Positions 14,465-27,600 of a stretch of 64,000 bases of DNA are shown here, piece after piece. Positions within the stretch are counted from its first letter, which is position 1. Each line of letters opens with the position of its first letter. The DNA comes from Tubulanus polymorphus. Lineage: Eukaryota > Animalia > Nemertea. The notes under the pieces were generated by a model. The model did not search any database and had not been told where the DNA came from. It worked only from the letters and a program-made list of their open reading frames with translations. Made by a program: the position numbers and the translations under genes. The stretch covers positions 7,440,001-7,504,000 of the forward strand of contig NC_134025.1 of NCBI RefSeq assembly GCF_964204645.1, in the 5' to 3' direction.

Positions 14465-15039
14465 TATAATATCAGTGCGCAAACAAGGGTAAGAAATGTC
14501 AACACCCAATAAAATCCTCATTGACCTTGAATTTACTTATATAATTCATGTTGAATCAGCTTGGTAGCAGCACTATAGGTCACCTAACGGGATTTTTGCG
14601 AACTAATATTACACTAACGGGCTAGATAGACCATTACAACTATAATCGAAATTCAAATTCAGTAATTTTACTTTCATTTATGGTTACAGTGCATTCATCA
14701 TCGGTTACATCAGCAAGCGCCACTGCGCCAAGCTAGATGTTGTGTATTTTATTTCTCCACTGCTCACGATCTGTAGTAATTTGTTTTAGGATTTCAATAT
14801 CTGATGTTCTATTGCTGAGGTTGCAGTGCATTGTATCGTTCAATTGTTATTTTCGGTTACCGCGGAATTATATTAATTCACAGAAATCCCGCTAGGGGAC
14901 CGTATGGTGCTGCCACCATGAATTGGAAACCTCCGAGAAACCAATTCAATTCAATAACATTAGGGTCTTATCAGTCAAGGCCGCAGAGCGATTTTTTTGG
15001 TTTTGGTCCAGACTCAATATTACGGTTTAATAGTGCATA

Positions 15040-18000
15040 ATGGCTGGATTTGTGCATCGTTTATCAAATCAAGATATCGGAATCGGAGAACCGGAGAAAG
15101 ATGCCAATGCTCTATTACTCGAATTAGATAAAGGTTCAACACATACATCCAAAAATACATACCCTCCCACTGTCACTGACGACACTCTAAATTTGCTACA
15201 AAGTCAAAGTAAAAAAAATGTCATGAATGAATAAGAATCAATCACTCTATCTACTACTAACCATCAGTATCTAAGGGCTAGGCCTATCTGTCCCTATCAT
15301 CATAACGCACCAGCTTCTTGGCAGCTAAAGCTAGTTCCCCGATTTTTATCCTAGAAGACCATTTGCTTTTCAGGATTACGATCTGCGAAAAGCGGTGAGC
15401 AATGCGAAGCTATTGTTAAATTTCCGCGGCTGTTCGAGAAATACCCATTCCCGATTCTGATCAACTCTGCATTCTTGAAATTAGCTGATGTATTTCGAAC
15501 CGGGTACGAAACCACCGAACCTGTCGATAGAATTTTTATATTATTTTAGTCTATAAAGCCACCGCATATTTTTCATTTTCAGGAGTAATTTCTTGCGGTT
15601 ATGCATTTTGAAAGTGACGCAGCAATGCCAACGTCACCTAGATAAGATCATAAATGTAGATGAATTTATTCGAAGAATATTTTCCGTCATACATAGTAAT
15701 GATGCCGTAGCCCGGTCTTTAACACTCAGGTTTGTTGTTATAAGCTATAAATATAGGTAATTTTGTTCCCAATTTATTCACGATGATAACATGCACTTTT
15801 AACAGAACGCTGGGAAGTATGGCTGCAATTATTCCTGAAAGAAAGAATGTCCATCACAGCATAGTTAGCAGTCTAGACTCTCATGATGCCGTAGAATTGG
15901 AAGCAGCCATCAAAGCTGCTGCACAATTTGCTGCTCAGTCTCAGTAAGTTAGTCAATTCGAGGGTCTTTTCTCTGATCTAAAAAACCCAACAATTATGAT
16001 AGAAATTTGACTCCCCTGAGGTTTGACACCCTTTTCAAGGTTATAATCAAAACTTAGGGTTCGTCTGTCTAATTAATGTTTATTTCTATCTCAACAATTT
16101 TTCAGATCATTTTCGACGAGTATCAGTCAGAAACTTGCTGATATGATTAAAGGATTGGAAACACCGGTCGAGATGAAACTCAAACTAATACCCATATTTC
16201 AATATATGTACCACAATTCAAAAATATCAGCGCATGTAAATTAAAGTTTTTATTTTCTATTCTGAAATATTGCATCACCAAGTCTGCTAGCCTACTATGA
16301 TGTGTTTTAACACTTTCTATCAGGTAAGGGAGCTGTGCACTGAAATGTTACCAAGCTACCCATCTTCTAGTTTTGTGTTGGTCACTCTGCATACCCTGTC
16401 ATTACTAGCTGCCAGATCTCTTGTGGATATTCCTAATCAGGTAAAAGATCTCAGAAACTTAGTCCTCTACAGTAGTACACTGTATCTCACACACAGTTAA
16501 CCTATTAGAAATGCTTAACCCTTTCATTTACATTTGCTTCTTTAGATCCAGTTATTGTTAAAGTATCTAGAATCAGATCCACGAATTGCTGTTAAACTTC
16601 ACGCTCTACAAGATTTAAGTATGCTTGCCAAAAAAGGACCTCATCTCTGGACGCATACTGACATTCAAGTAACTCTTACTTCATATCTTTATCTTCTAAA
16701 GAAACTGCTTTCATCTTTGTGATTACCGGTAATCCGTTTATATTTTCAGAGATTGTGTAAATTCACAACTGAAGCCTGTTTTGATGATTTGAGCATTGGG
16801 GCTCTTCGGGTGTTGACAGCTTTGTCTAAAACGCTTGCTGTCAGTAAATTTGAAGCAGTCGAAGGTTGTATATTGATGAATACATTGATGATTTTTTTGT
16901 TTCGTATTTGTGAGTAAGGTTTTAATTTTTTGTACTCCAGGATCTCCGGTGTTAGACATATTTGCGCGGTGCAATTATCATGAAAATAACACGATAGCAT
17001 CCAAATCGGCGGAACTGCTTACAGATATGGCCATTCACAGTGTCAGAGGTTTGTCTTGAAGTTTTCACTATGATTACTAAAAAGTGATTTTTGTTGAAGT
17101 AGGCTGATACTGGTTGTATTATAAGCTTATACTGGTAAGTTTTAAATATTTTTTCAGCTGATTTAAAAGGAAGTGCTATTCTATGTCAAGAAGCAACTAG
17201 TTCTCTTGATACTTTAATCATGGTTTGCATTGCCACGGATTTAGATTCTTCATTTCAGTCTCTCAAGGTAAGAATATAGAATATTTATAGAATTGCAGAC
17301 AATTTTATTTTGATCTTTATACTTTCACACTGAGTATCGGTATTTGATCATTCTTGCAGGTGTGTTTGAAGTCGGTGGTCAACCTTTGTAATTCATGTCC
17401 AGATCGAAGTAGCAGTTTTGTATCAACTATTGCCTCAGAACTCAGTACTGATAACAATAGATGTAAGAAATTTAGAATAGATTTCTTATTCTATTTGATT
17501 AATGGTGCCAGTAGAAATTTTGATCACGATCTTATATAATTTCAGTGAAGAAGTCCCTACTTTTGGCTGAATCTCTGGCTGCTATCGGCAGTGAACAACG
17601 AGGGTCCATACATAAATCATTATCAGAAGTCGTTCATTGTTTACGCAATTTAGATGCCTCAAATGGAGACGATGCTAGCAAAATGGGGGTAAGTGCTGAA
17701 CCAGTCAAATGAAATATTGAATTATTTTTCATCATGCCAAGACACCTACTCGCGTTTGATTTTCAGGTGTTACTCATAACAATCATATTTCATGCATATA
17801 TCGGGAATTCACTGTCACAAGAATTGTGTTCGCTGATTGAAAAATTTGCATCTTCGACAAATGAATGGGTCACGTATAAGATTGTACGGTCTGCAATGAG
17901 ATACGGCCATCATTTGATTGCTTCAAAATTATCTGAATCTATCATGACTAAGGTATATTTTCAATCATTTGTATGAACACATATATTGATTTGACTGAAT

Positions 18001-19878
18001 TGAAGAAATATATGATGTAAATCACTATACAGTATATCACAGCATATTTCTTTGTTCATAAAGATTTCTAGAGAGCATTTCTTCTACTGGTTGAGTGCCA
18101 TAAACAATATTAGTAAAGGAGAAACGTGTTTACTGAAGTTGCAAGATGCACCGACTAGTATTATCAATACCATTAATGAAGCGACAGTTGAGTATTATAA
18201 AGGAATTTCAAATCTAAAGGTAATAACATTTATTCGCATTTCAGCTTGCGTAGATATGAATGCAATGCACATTTGATATAAATTTGTGCGTATACCATGA
18301 TTTTTAGGCTGCAACTACCCCGTTGTTTCCACTAAGTTTTCCTGTTGACTACATGCGTCTGAGAGTTGAAACGCTTCAGGCTCACATTCAACTGATGACA
18401 GCCTGTACGAGTTTTCGGACAAACCCACCACCAGCGATCGCTACATCGCTTGCAGCTTCAACCGGTCAGGAACAACATAAATGTGGTCGAGGTGCTTTAC
18501 AGGTATTGGTTAGATAAATGCTCCACGATGAAAGAAATATAGTAAGAGTTTAATACCATTTGATTACCGCCGGTAGTTGTTCTTTTGTTCATCTCTTTCA
18601 GTTGCAAAAATGTGCGGATCTTTTTTCTGCGATAGTCAACCAATATAATAACCTATACCAAGCGTCATTTGATGCTGATCCCCAGACACTCAATAGCATC
18701 CTACTGTATCCTTTCTAAAAATCAAACCCACTCCGTGATTTAATTTGATGCATTTGTCCTTAGCTTGATTTTGTAGATTACAGCAATCTTGTCAGCTAAT
18801 GATATTCTTAGTGGATACTGTACTCAACAAAAAGCCAAGCAGGTATTTGTAATTCATCATTGAATTTATGGGGGTAAAGCTAAAAGATTGGTACATGAAC
18901 AGCGATGAAATCTTTCCTCAATTTCAGCGACGCTTCATACTTGCATGGTATGAAAATACCGCAGACTTTGCGCATTGAGCAGCACGAGTTGATTGATGTG
19001 TTCCAACTTCTGTTGACTGAGTTACGACAAGTTGCTAATCATAGTTCATCATCAAGTGCTGGCAGTGGTGGACTCATTACATTCAAGGTTTATTCAATTC
19101 CGTGTTTGATATTTCAGCAGTGTCAAACTTTTAATTGATATATCAATATGTCCCAGTATTGTTGTTTGTGTCGTTTATAGCATGTTGACTTCCTTTTGAG
19201 AGCGTCACAGACGATAGTAAGAATCCCGTTGTGTGTGCCCAGATACATTTTTCAGAGCTTGCAATCGACACTGATAAAGGTAGATGGGGACCAGCCGCAA
19301 ATTTCCCTAGACATAAAACATTTTTTATGTATGACTGGTACATGTATTTATCGTTTCATTTACAGTTAGCTATTTCTCCACAACCTCGCTCCAGCAATGA
19401 GCCGGTATCAGTTCAGAGTGATACACACTTATCCGTGAAAATTGAAGGTGTCGTGCAGCATGGGGCTCATCCCGGATTGTTCAGAAAGATTCGTTCTGTC
19501 AGACTAACTGTTAACTCAGTCATTCAAAGCCGAGCTCAGGCAACTAATGATGGGAAGGTTTGTACATGTAGTGACTTGATATTTGGTAGAATATTGCAGC
19601 CTTTCATTTATAAAGAAATTAACTAACAATTTTTTCAGCCAATGGAGAACCCTACTAATGATATGGAGCAGGTCGTTGAACCTCATAATGACTATTTCAG
19701 TGCTCAGTTTATTTTCACATTTCCAATCAATGGACTCCATGTGATTAACATTGAGGCATCAATCATCGATCAAGCTGGTTCGATTTGGAAAACTGGACCA
19801 AAGACGAACATGTTTGTCAAGTCGTACGATGATGCTATTCTAAGAGCTCAGCAACAGGCGCAAAAACGAAACTTTTAA
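15040..19878 (+). CDS. INTS7: Integrator complex subunit 7, multi-exon
   Basis: DANALLLELDK|GLRSAKSGEQCEAIVKFPRLFEKYPFPILINSAFLKLADVFRTG; HSNDAVARSLTLR; PPPAIATSLA; VEPHNDYFSAQF; WKTGPK; stop TAA 19876-19878. Confidence 0.96.
18706..18776 (+). other. U12-type (minor spliceosome) GT-AG intron in INTS7
   Basis: 5' site GTATCCTTT (18706-18714), branch-like TCCTTAGC (18757-18764), AG 18775-18776; removal gives in-frame ...TLNSILLLQQSCQL... Confidence 0.85.
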
Positions 19879-21686
19879 GAATCTATTTGTAAAGACGTTG
19901 TTGTTCACTTGTTATTGCATTTCCTCTGAATAAATCATATGTAGTAATTAAACTGACGTATTCATGTCCTTAGCTGGTGTATTTACCATACTATAGAGAA
20001 GTTTAGATGAGTAAACATGGTCCTTAGCAGGTCAACAAGTGGTACTTTCGGGGAAAATGGTTAAGGCTCTGATTTCTGCTTACAATCATCAGATCACTCG
20101 ATATAAATCAGTTGGGCATTGATAATCCTTTTTGTGAAGCTTTAGATGATCAACAATTGGAATAGTTTAAGAGAATTAAGGTCCAATTAGAGCGAGACCA
20201 GTAATTGATTAGCCATTGGATCTGGGTAGTTGCACAATGCCAAAGGAAAAATCTGCTGCAAGACGAACTACACAACTTATCTGATCGATTTACTGAACAT
20301 TTATTTATTGAAAATGAATAGAAAAGGGTTTCAAGAAGTATGTGTCTAGTAATAGACCTAAACCTGAAGTTGAGGAAAACCAATTACAACTTCTTTTTGC
20401 AAAAACATAAAGCAGAAATAAATATTTCGGACGTAAACAACATGATACATAGATAATCCAAAATTTCGATTCAATAATTTATTTTTGTTTCGTTAAACTC
20501 TATGTCGTCATGTGAACAAGATAAAAATATATGACGCAACAAGCTTTATCGATAAAATGCTTGGTATCCATGTGAAGAATATGACGCGGTTAATTACATG
20601 ATACATAAACTAAAGAACTATTGCAGGCCGCAGCTATTACTGATGGTACACAGTACCCTTCTATAAATGTTCAATTCATAAAAAAGACAGATTATAAATA
20701 AATAAACCAAACCAAAAACATTACGGCTGGAGGCCGGTTGGTGCGACAAGCTGTACATATCAATTTACAGCAAACGGTATGCCTCCAGTTTTGACCATGA
20801 AATTTCGGTGAATGATATTACATAATGAATGTCGGCTTATCTTGAAGTCCCGAATGGAGGTCATAAAATCAAATTCGATCAAAACATTTCGAAACGATGC
20901 TTTGATTAATTGAATAAATGACCGTGTACATGGAAAGACTTTATATACACTTCGGTTAATACTACATCTACATGTGATAACTACAATAATGTGTGTGTGT
21001 TGCACAGGGTAATTGTACACTGCACAACCAGTACAAAACAACCCCATCCCCGAAATAGACCGCATCAAATTTACATTACAAGTCACTTCCCTGTTTACTC
21101 ATTCATAAATAAAATCACTCATACATCTGCGCGCCTCGTGGTATATTTTACACAAAAAGAACTAACGTTTTTTACTTTTTGTTACCAAACTCACAATCTT
21201 CTTACAATTTTGGCCATCCGCGTGTTCAGAAATGTTCACCTTCATGAGAACTACAGAAGTTCACACTCTTATTTCATAAATACTATTCACATACCAAGAT
21301 AGCGACCGAACTAATTTGTTTCAAATAGCCCCAACTGAACAATTGCAAAATGTGCAAGTTAAAATTAATCATTTATTAGAAGATTTTAGGTGTTTTTTTT
21401 TCATATCTTAATTTATCGTATTTCATTTAGTTACAAATCACCACAGTAAACCGATTCCGGTTTGAATTTGTTCATTTCTTTTTTTTTCAACGATCGCTTC
21501 ACAACATCCACTCATCATCGCGAATAACGTATAGTTCTGGATTTAAATGCGAACACGATTCGGTGCCGGTTACATTGTAAATCACGCTTACACTGTAGGT
21601 GGGTTTAAACTATGAGCAAATACACTGCGACAGTAACCAAAACATCATCACATTGATGTACGTCACAGTCTCCCTGAATCCATCGT

Positions 21687-24600
21687 TCAATCTAGTACTA
21701 CTACTGCTTCCTGAGAACCTTTATACAGAATTTTCATCCATGGTTTCCGGGCTGCTCGACGAAAATCCTGATTGGTCAGTTGCTTCCTCAGTTTCCTGTA
21801 AGTAAACAAACATCAAAATGAAATAATTCTACTTCTGTCCAAGAGGGAAGGGTAGGGGGTTAGTGTTATTTACGCATCACAGAACCAAACATGTCAAAGA
21901 CACAAATGTGAGATTCATTTGAGCAAAATTGACAGGGAGACAACAACTAGAAAGTTCAATGATTTCTAGAAACGCATGCGTCGTAACTGACCTAGTTGCC
22001 TCTGTGGAGACAAAGTACACATCATCAGGTGCATCTACCCAGTTAACCGGTTTCTTCTGCGGAGGTTTGCCCATCATGGTCCTAGGTCCACGCCCGTTCA
22101 TTCCCTGGTGGTTCAGCAGGGGCCCATAACCGCCCTGCAACAAACCAAACAGAAACACTCGATAGTAAGAGAGAGAGAGAGAGAGAGAGTGAGAGAGAGA
22201 TAGAATTGAATGGCATGCACTACTAGTCGCTATATATTCAATAATTCATAGACAATTAGTGCCATGGCATCCCCAACCAAAATAGCCGTTTATATTCCAT
22301 GCAAATTTCTCTACAACTATGATTATTTACAGATCAGCAACAAGGACTTTTGATCAATAATTAACAGCTACGGTTGTTGGAAACTCTCGGGAAGGAAAGT
22401 GCCATTTAATTGAATCCCAATCCAATAATATTGAAAGCAGCCACCAAGCATAAAATTTCTAATAATGAAATAAAACAAAGAGGCGCCTAGCCCGACTAGG
22501 TTTAGGTGAGTTGGGTTTTTTTTGGGGGGCGGGGGTAAATCTAATTGAAATCCCAAGAAGGAAATTGCTTTTATGATGAACCACACAAAGTCCTGGGGAG
22601 CACATAGACCATGATCTGCAAACTTTCAAAGCCGTTCCACGTATACATATACACCTGTACAGAACTGTGAGTTACCAGTTTCCAACATATGATTAAGATA
22701 ACTTACCAGATATAAGACAGGCAGGTAGCAGATATTATTACCGAATTTTTCATTGCTATCCGTATAAAAATTTGTTCGGTCACAAGGGCAATTAAATATT
22801 CAAAAGGCTAACCTGCCGTGCCTGTAATTGTAATATCCAGGTTTACTGAACCACAATTATAACAGAGAATACTGGAACAGCCTTGAAAAGAAGAATACAT
22901 CTCAACCGGCAAGATGCCATGCAAAACTACACCACATTTATAATATCTTACATGTATTATATAGAAAGCGTACACTGTTTAAACTAATTGATATAAAGCA
23001 TAAATCAAAATCTCGCTAAAATAATTGAATTGAGATTATTTAACACTGGTTTTTGCTGAGGAAACTCTTAAAATCTTCCAAAATGTTTTCTCTCTAAATC
23101 TAACAGTAAATGTATTTTACACTACTGGTACACAATAATATAATCCAAAATCAAAATTCATGCATTATTTTTCGTTTTCCTACATAACATGTGCAATGAT
23201 TTCCAACCCACAAATGAACAACACAACAAAAGAAAGTGATTGATTGATAAATGAATACAAACCTGCTGATGAGTCTTGTTCAGGCTCCCAGCTTGCCTTA
23301 TTACACCAATAGATGGACGCTTTGCAGGTGGACCGTCTAAAATGAGTCAAGTTTGATGAAAAATGTTACAAATTTTTTTATTTAAACCGTGTTACACAAA
23401 TAAGCTAGATAATAGACATAATTACATACTTTCAACTCCGTTGGTCTGTTCGTAACCCCTTTTCTTCATGATAGTTGGCTGACCTGCAGTCACTCTTGGG
23501 GGTGGAGAATCACATGACCGCATGGTAGGCTTTGGTTCTGAAATACATAAACACATACACTACAGCCTAAACCGGATAATCAATTGTTCCACTAGAAAGA
23601 GGTGAAATGCCACGTTTGTCACCCCAGGGGCCAGTTGCTCAAAAGTTGGCTTAAGATAACTGGCAGACAAATACCATAGTAATAATGAACTTTTAAATGT
23701 CACTATGTCAACTATCCACTGCTTTACTCTATCTACAACATCTCAGCGACTGGCTCTTAAGTGTTAAAAGGGATGGTGGCCATTTTGAAAGAGCTTAAGT
23801 GTTAGTTCAATGAGCATAATCTATGGACCTAGCCCCTCACTACTACTAAGTCTCACAAAACCATATGTTATTTGAAGTGCGTAGAGCAATGATTGCGATG
23901 ACGTCAAAATCAGCATTTGCTTCAATTCTAGACGAAAAACTTACGTTCAGCTGGAGCGGGAAACAGTAACACTTCGGCTGGCTTACGAACTCCTTCTCTG
24001 CTGAGTAGCGGCGGTTTTTCTTGATTAGTATCGATACCGAGTCGTGAAGACACGCTCTCCATCAATCCACGTTCACGATTCTTCATCGCTTCAGCTTGGT
24101 CGCCGTTAGCAAGTCTTAACTGACCTGCAATTTACATCAGTCATATATATGTGAAAGATTATGAATATCAATGCAATGAATCATCAGTATGACCACTTTA
24201 ATTTGACGTGACCGTCGCCACCGACTTTTACCCGACTATTCCCCGACATGCACGTTGTGCTCCCTGACTCAATCTGCTAAGAATCTTATCAATTAACACG
24301 GTCAAACATGTAAGACATAGACAGAGACCGTTTGATTTTATATGCGATCTAGCAATCTTAACAAATTTCCTCCCCTTTTTAAAGAAAAGTAATTTCCCTG
24401 ACTTTTTCCTAATTTCCAGGTAAATGGCCACCCTGATCATGAAATGTCACACTCAACAAGAACATTGGACTCTGGCGCGGAAAGAATCTTTTCAGGAGCA
24501 TACATTTTCAATTTCATGTAAGTTGGCCCAATCGGGGCAAGTAGCTGGTTCTAAAACTTACATTCTTGTTTGATGGATGTAATATTGATCGCCTGGAAAG

Positions 24601-27600
24601 GATTTCTAGCAGCGTGTCGAATTCGTAGAATATCTCTGCAGATACGTCGCGATAGACGAGTCAGAGGAGTCGTGATTAAACAGAACGCAGCACGCGTTTT
24701 CATTACAGGACGTGGACTGCCTGCTCTTACAGCTAATCCATGAGCGGTAGCTAAATGCCGAGCCAAATGCGACTTCAACTTAAATTCCTAGTAAAAGGCA
24801 GAAACAATTCGTACGATGATTAATCCAAAAGGTAACAATTGCTCCTTTCATCCTGAATCATAATAATGGATTGATAATTTGAAACTTACCCTTCCGCAAC
24901 CGCTAATAGTACAACGATGGGTCCGAAGGGCTGCCATGTGAGCCAAACGCTCTGAAAATAAAGTTTCTTATCACTAAACACGCTTACTTATAATCTCCTA
25001 GAATATGTTGAGCTTATCTATTGACGATTACGTAATTTCATCATGGAGAACATTCGAAGCATTACAGGCATGCCAAGAAAACATATGCACTAGGTTTCAG
25101 AAGTCATAAGCAAGAAATAATGATGACAAACTACAATAAGTTGTCTATTGAGTGATAGTGGTTGTCAGTGCAAATTTCAAGTCAAATGCTTCATCGATAC
25201 GGTACATTAATAATTTCCAATGATTAAAATGCTTAAGATATGTGCATATTTTATGTTAATGTGATCATATATTTGCAATCGTGTTACTTTTTAAACCAAA
25301 AAGCAGCGACTATTTACTCAGATGGAAATCCTCCGAGATACAGCAAATACTGCTAACAAACACCAGCGATCGATGTTCGAGCAAACTCTAACCTTGACAA
25401 ACACATCTGCTGCTGTCTGGCTTTCAAAGAGTTAATCAGTGTCTAGTCAATGCAATCGACTTAAAGCAACTATCAACATTACATATATTGTCAATGCAGC
25501 CAACTTAAATATTTATATCACAACTGCTGTCTGATGATTTGCAGTTACTATGGTAACCATGTGGATAGATGGATATATTGATATATTTCACGCGCATGCG
25601 GTTGTTGCTTATCTGGTGCTTATCGCAAGTGAAAAAGATAAGAAACGGGTGCTAAATTCTGTTAACAAATTCGAAACAACTCAATACGATGGCAGAACAG
25701 AATTTATCTCCACACTAGCTGTTATTAAACTAAAGGTTATGTGACGACTGATTCCAAGCCCGTTACCATATTTTGGTGATAGTATTTGAATAATAGTAAA
25801 CAAAATCAGAATGTTACCTGCGTCAGACCTAATTTCTCTATGACCTATAGCAAAGCCAAAAAGAAAACAACAAAAAATGTAAAACAAAAAGCTTAATATG
25901 AATTAAAATCAAATGGAATGCTTCATGCAATATATACTTCTCAGTAAATTTGTCTGTGTCTATTTTCAAATGATTTTCAAGATATCTCTGGCTCAAAAGC
26001 TGAACTGAGGATGCTCACAATCCACAATTCAGATGTAAAATATCAATATTTATGTAATCCCTCCACAAAATGATTTTTGATATCTTGGCATACGTAAAAA
26101 GTTTAAAAATATTAAGCATGCACAATATTTGGCCAAAAACTGGCCATAAGTTTAATATAGATGTGTATTTTTTTCCTAAATGATCAATTACTGATTCTCA
26201 GTCTTTGAAGCAACAACAAAAATCATGTGTAACGCAACACATAATCGGAAATTTTGACGGAAGCTGTCGTTTTTGAACAGTCATGCTGAAGAAGACAACA
26301 CTGATACATAGATCGGAACATTGAGAAAGGAGCAACAGACAGAGAGTAAAGAGAGAGAGAGATTGTGACAACAGCTATGATGTGTAAGTGACTTACTGCG
26401 TTTGATAGTATCAGTGAGTACGTCCCCCTCTGTAAAGTCTAGTAGCGTGAAATGAAGAGAGCCCAACAAAAAGTGCACGATTATTAATCAGTTATATACA
26501 ATTGACATGAGACAGGATGTACTGATAGATAGATAGATATATTGCATGTATATGGTACGGTAACTTAGATATTTTTCACTAGTCAGGATACTATAGGTTA
26601 GTGGAGATACCTGGGAGTGGGTTCCTGGGAGAGAAGGGAGATCAGCTGACAAGGATACAGTTTTATTCTATTTTGTGACTTGAGTGCATAGGTGTCATTT
26701 AGTTTTCAACATTACATCTAAAATTCTATTTACTACATACACGGAAATAAGCAGAATAATAGCAGGCACTTCTGAAACATATTTGAAGATCTCTGCGTAT
26801 TCCACTCAAACTACTGGTAGCTAATACAATGACATGCTAAATAGTAAGTACATCTGACACAGGCTTTAAGGTTTTCCATTGAACCAAAGGTATTTGCATA
26901 GTGAAGCGACATCTTATTGGACGTAGGTTCTGTATTATACAATGATAGGTGTTTGGGACAGTGGTTTACATAGAGATTCGAATTTGGGAAACCTTTCAAC
27001 GTAGTTTGGTAGGTATGGAACATACGCTAATATCACACAAACAAAACGTAAGGTTAGAGAATAATGACTGCAGGAATGGTTAGTGAATTCAAACGTCTAA
27101 TACATGAGCCAGGAAATAACATAAAACTGACAAAAAAGCTTCAAGCGTAGAAAACCAACCTATTATTTCAATCATTTTCTAGTACTTAACAGTTTGTCAC
27201 TTCTTGTGCGCCGAGGGATCAAGGAAATCAAGCAACATCCACTCATTATTTCCCGTCTCATTTATTAGATATCAATAAATGAAAAAAAAAAAAATAAAGT
27301 AGCTAACCGTTTCTCTGAGTAGGAGGCGGTCGTTCACCATCTAGTGAATAAACGAGAAAGGATAGAGTTGAGTCACTGAGATTCTGAAATTTATTCAGGT
27401 GGATGGGAATTGCAGATAGAAAGTCCTGCGGACAATTCTGGTGAAGGGATAAACTCGAGAAAGTCTCTGGCGCATGTGAGTTTTGCGAGGCAGTGTAAAG
27501 GTTAATAACGATTAGTATTCATCAACTTTTAAAATATTGGGAGAAGCAACTGATGAGTGTACAAGGGCTTGATGGCCGATCAGTCAGCTTGTCAAATGCA

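Noticed and set aside
21721-21796. Alternative frame [24 protein letters not shown] in last MTA1 exon
   Set aside because: Splice phase gives the conserved RKLRKQ..RRAARKP frame; no evidence for dual coding.
26610-26645. Second candidate MTA1 microexon
   Set aside because: Possible lengths (14 or 35 nt) break frame; weak donor.
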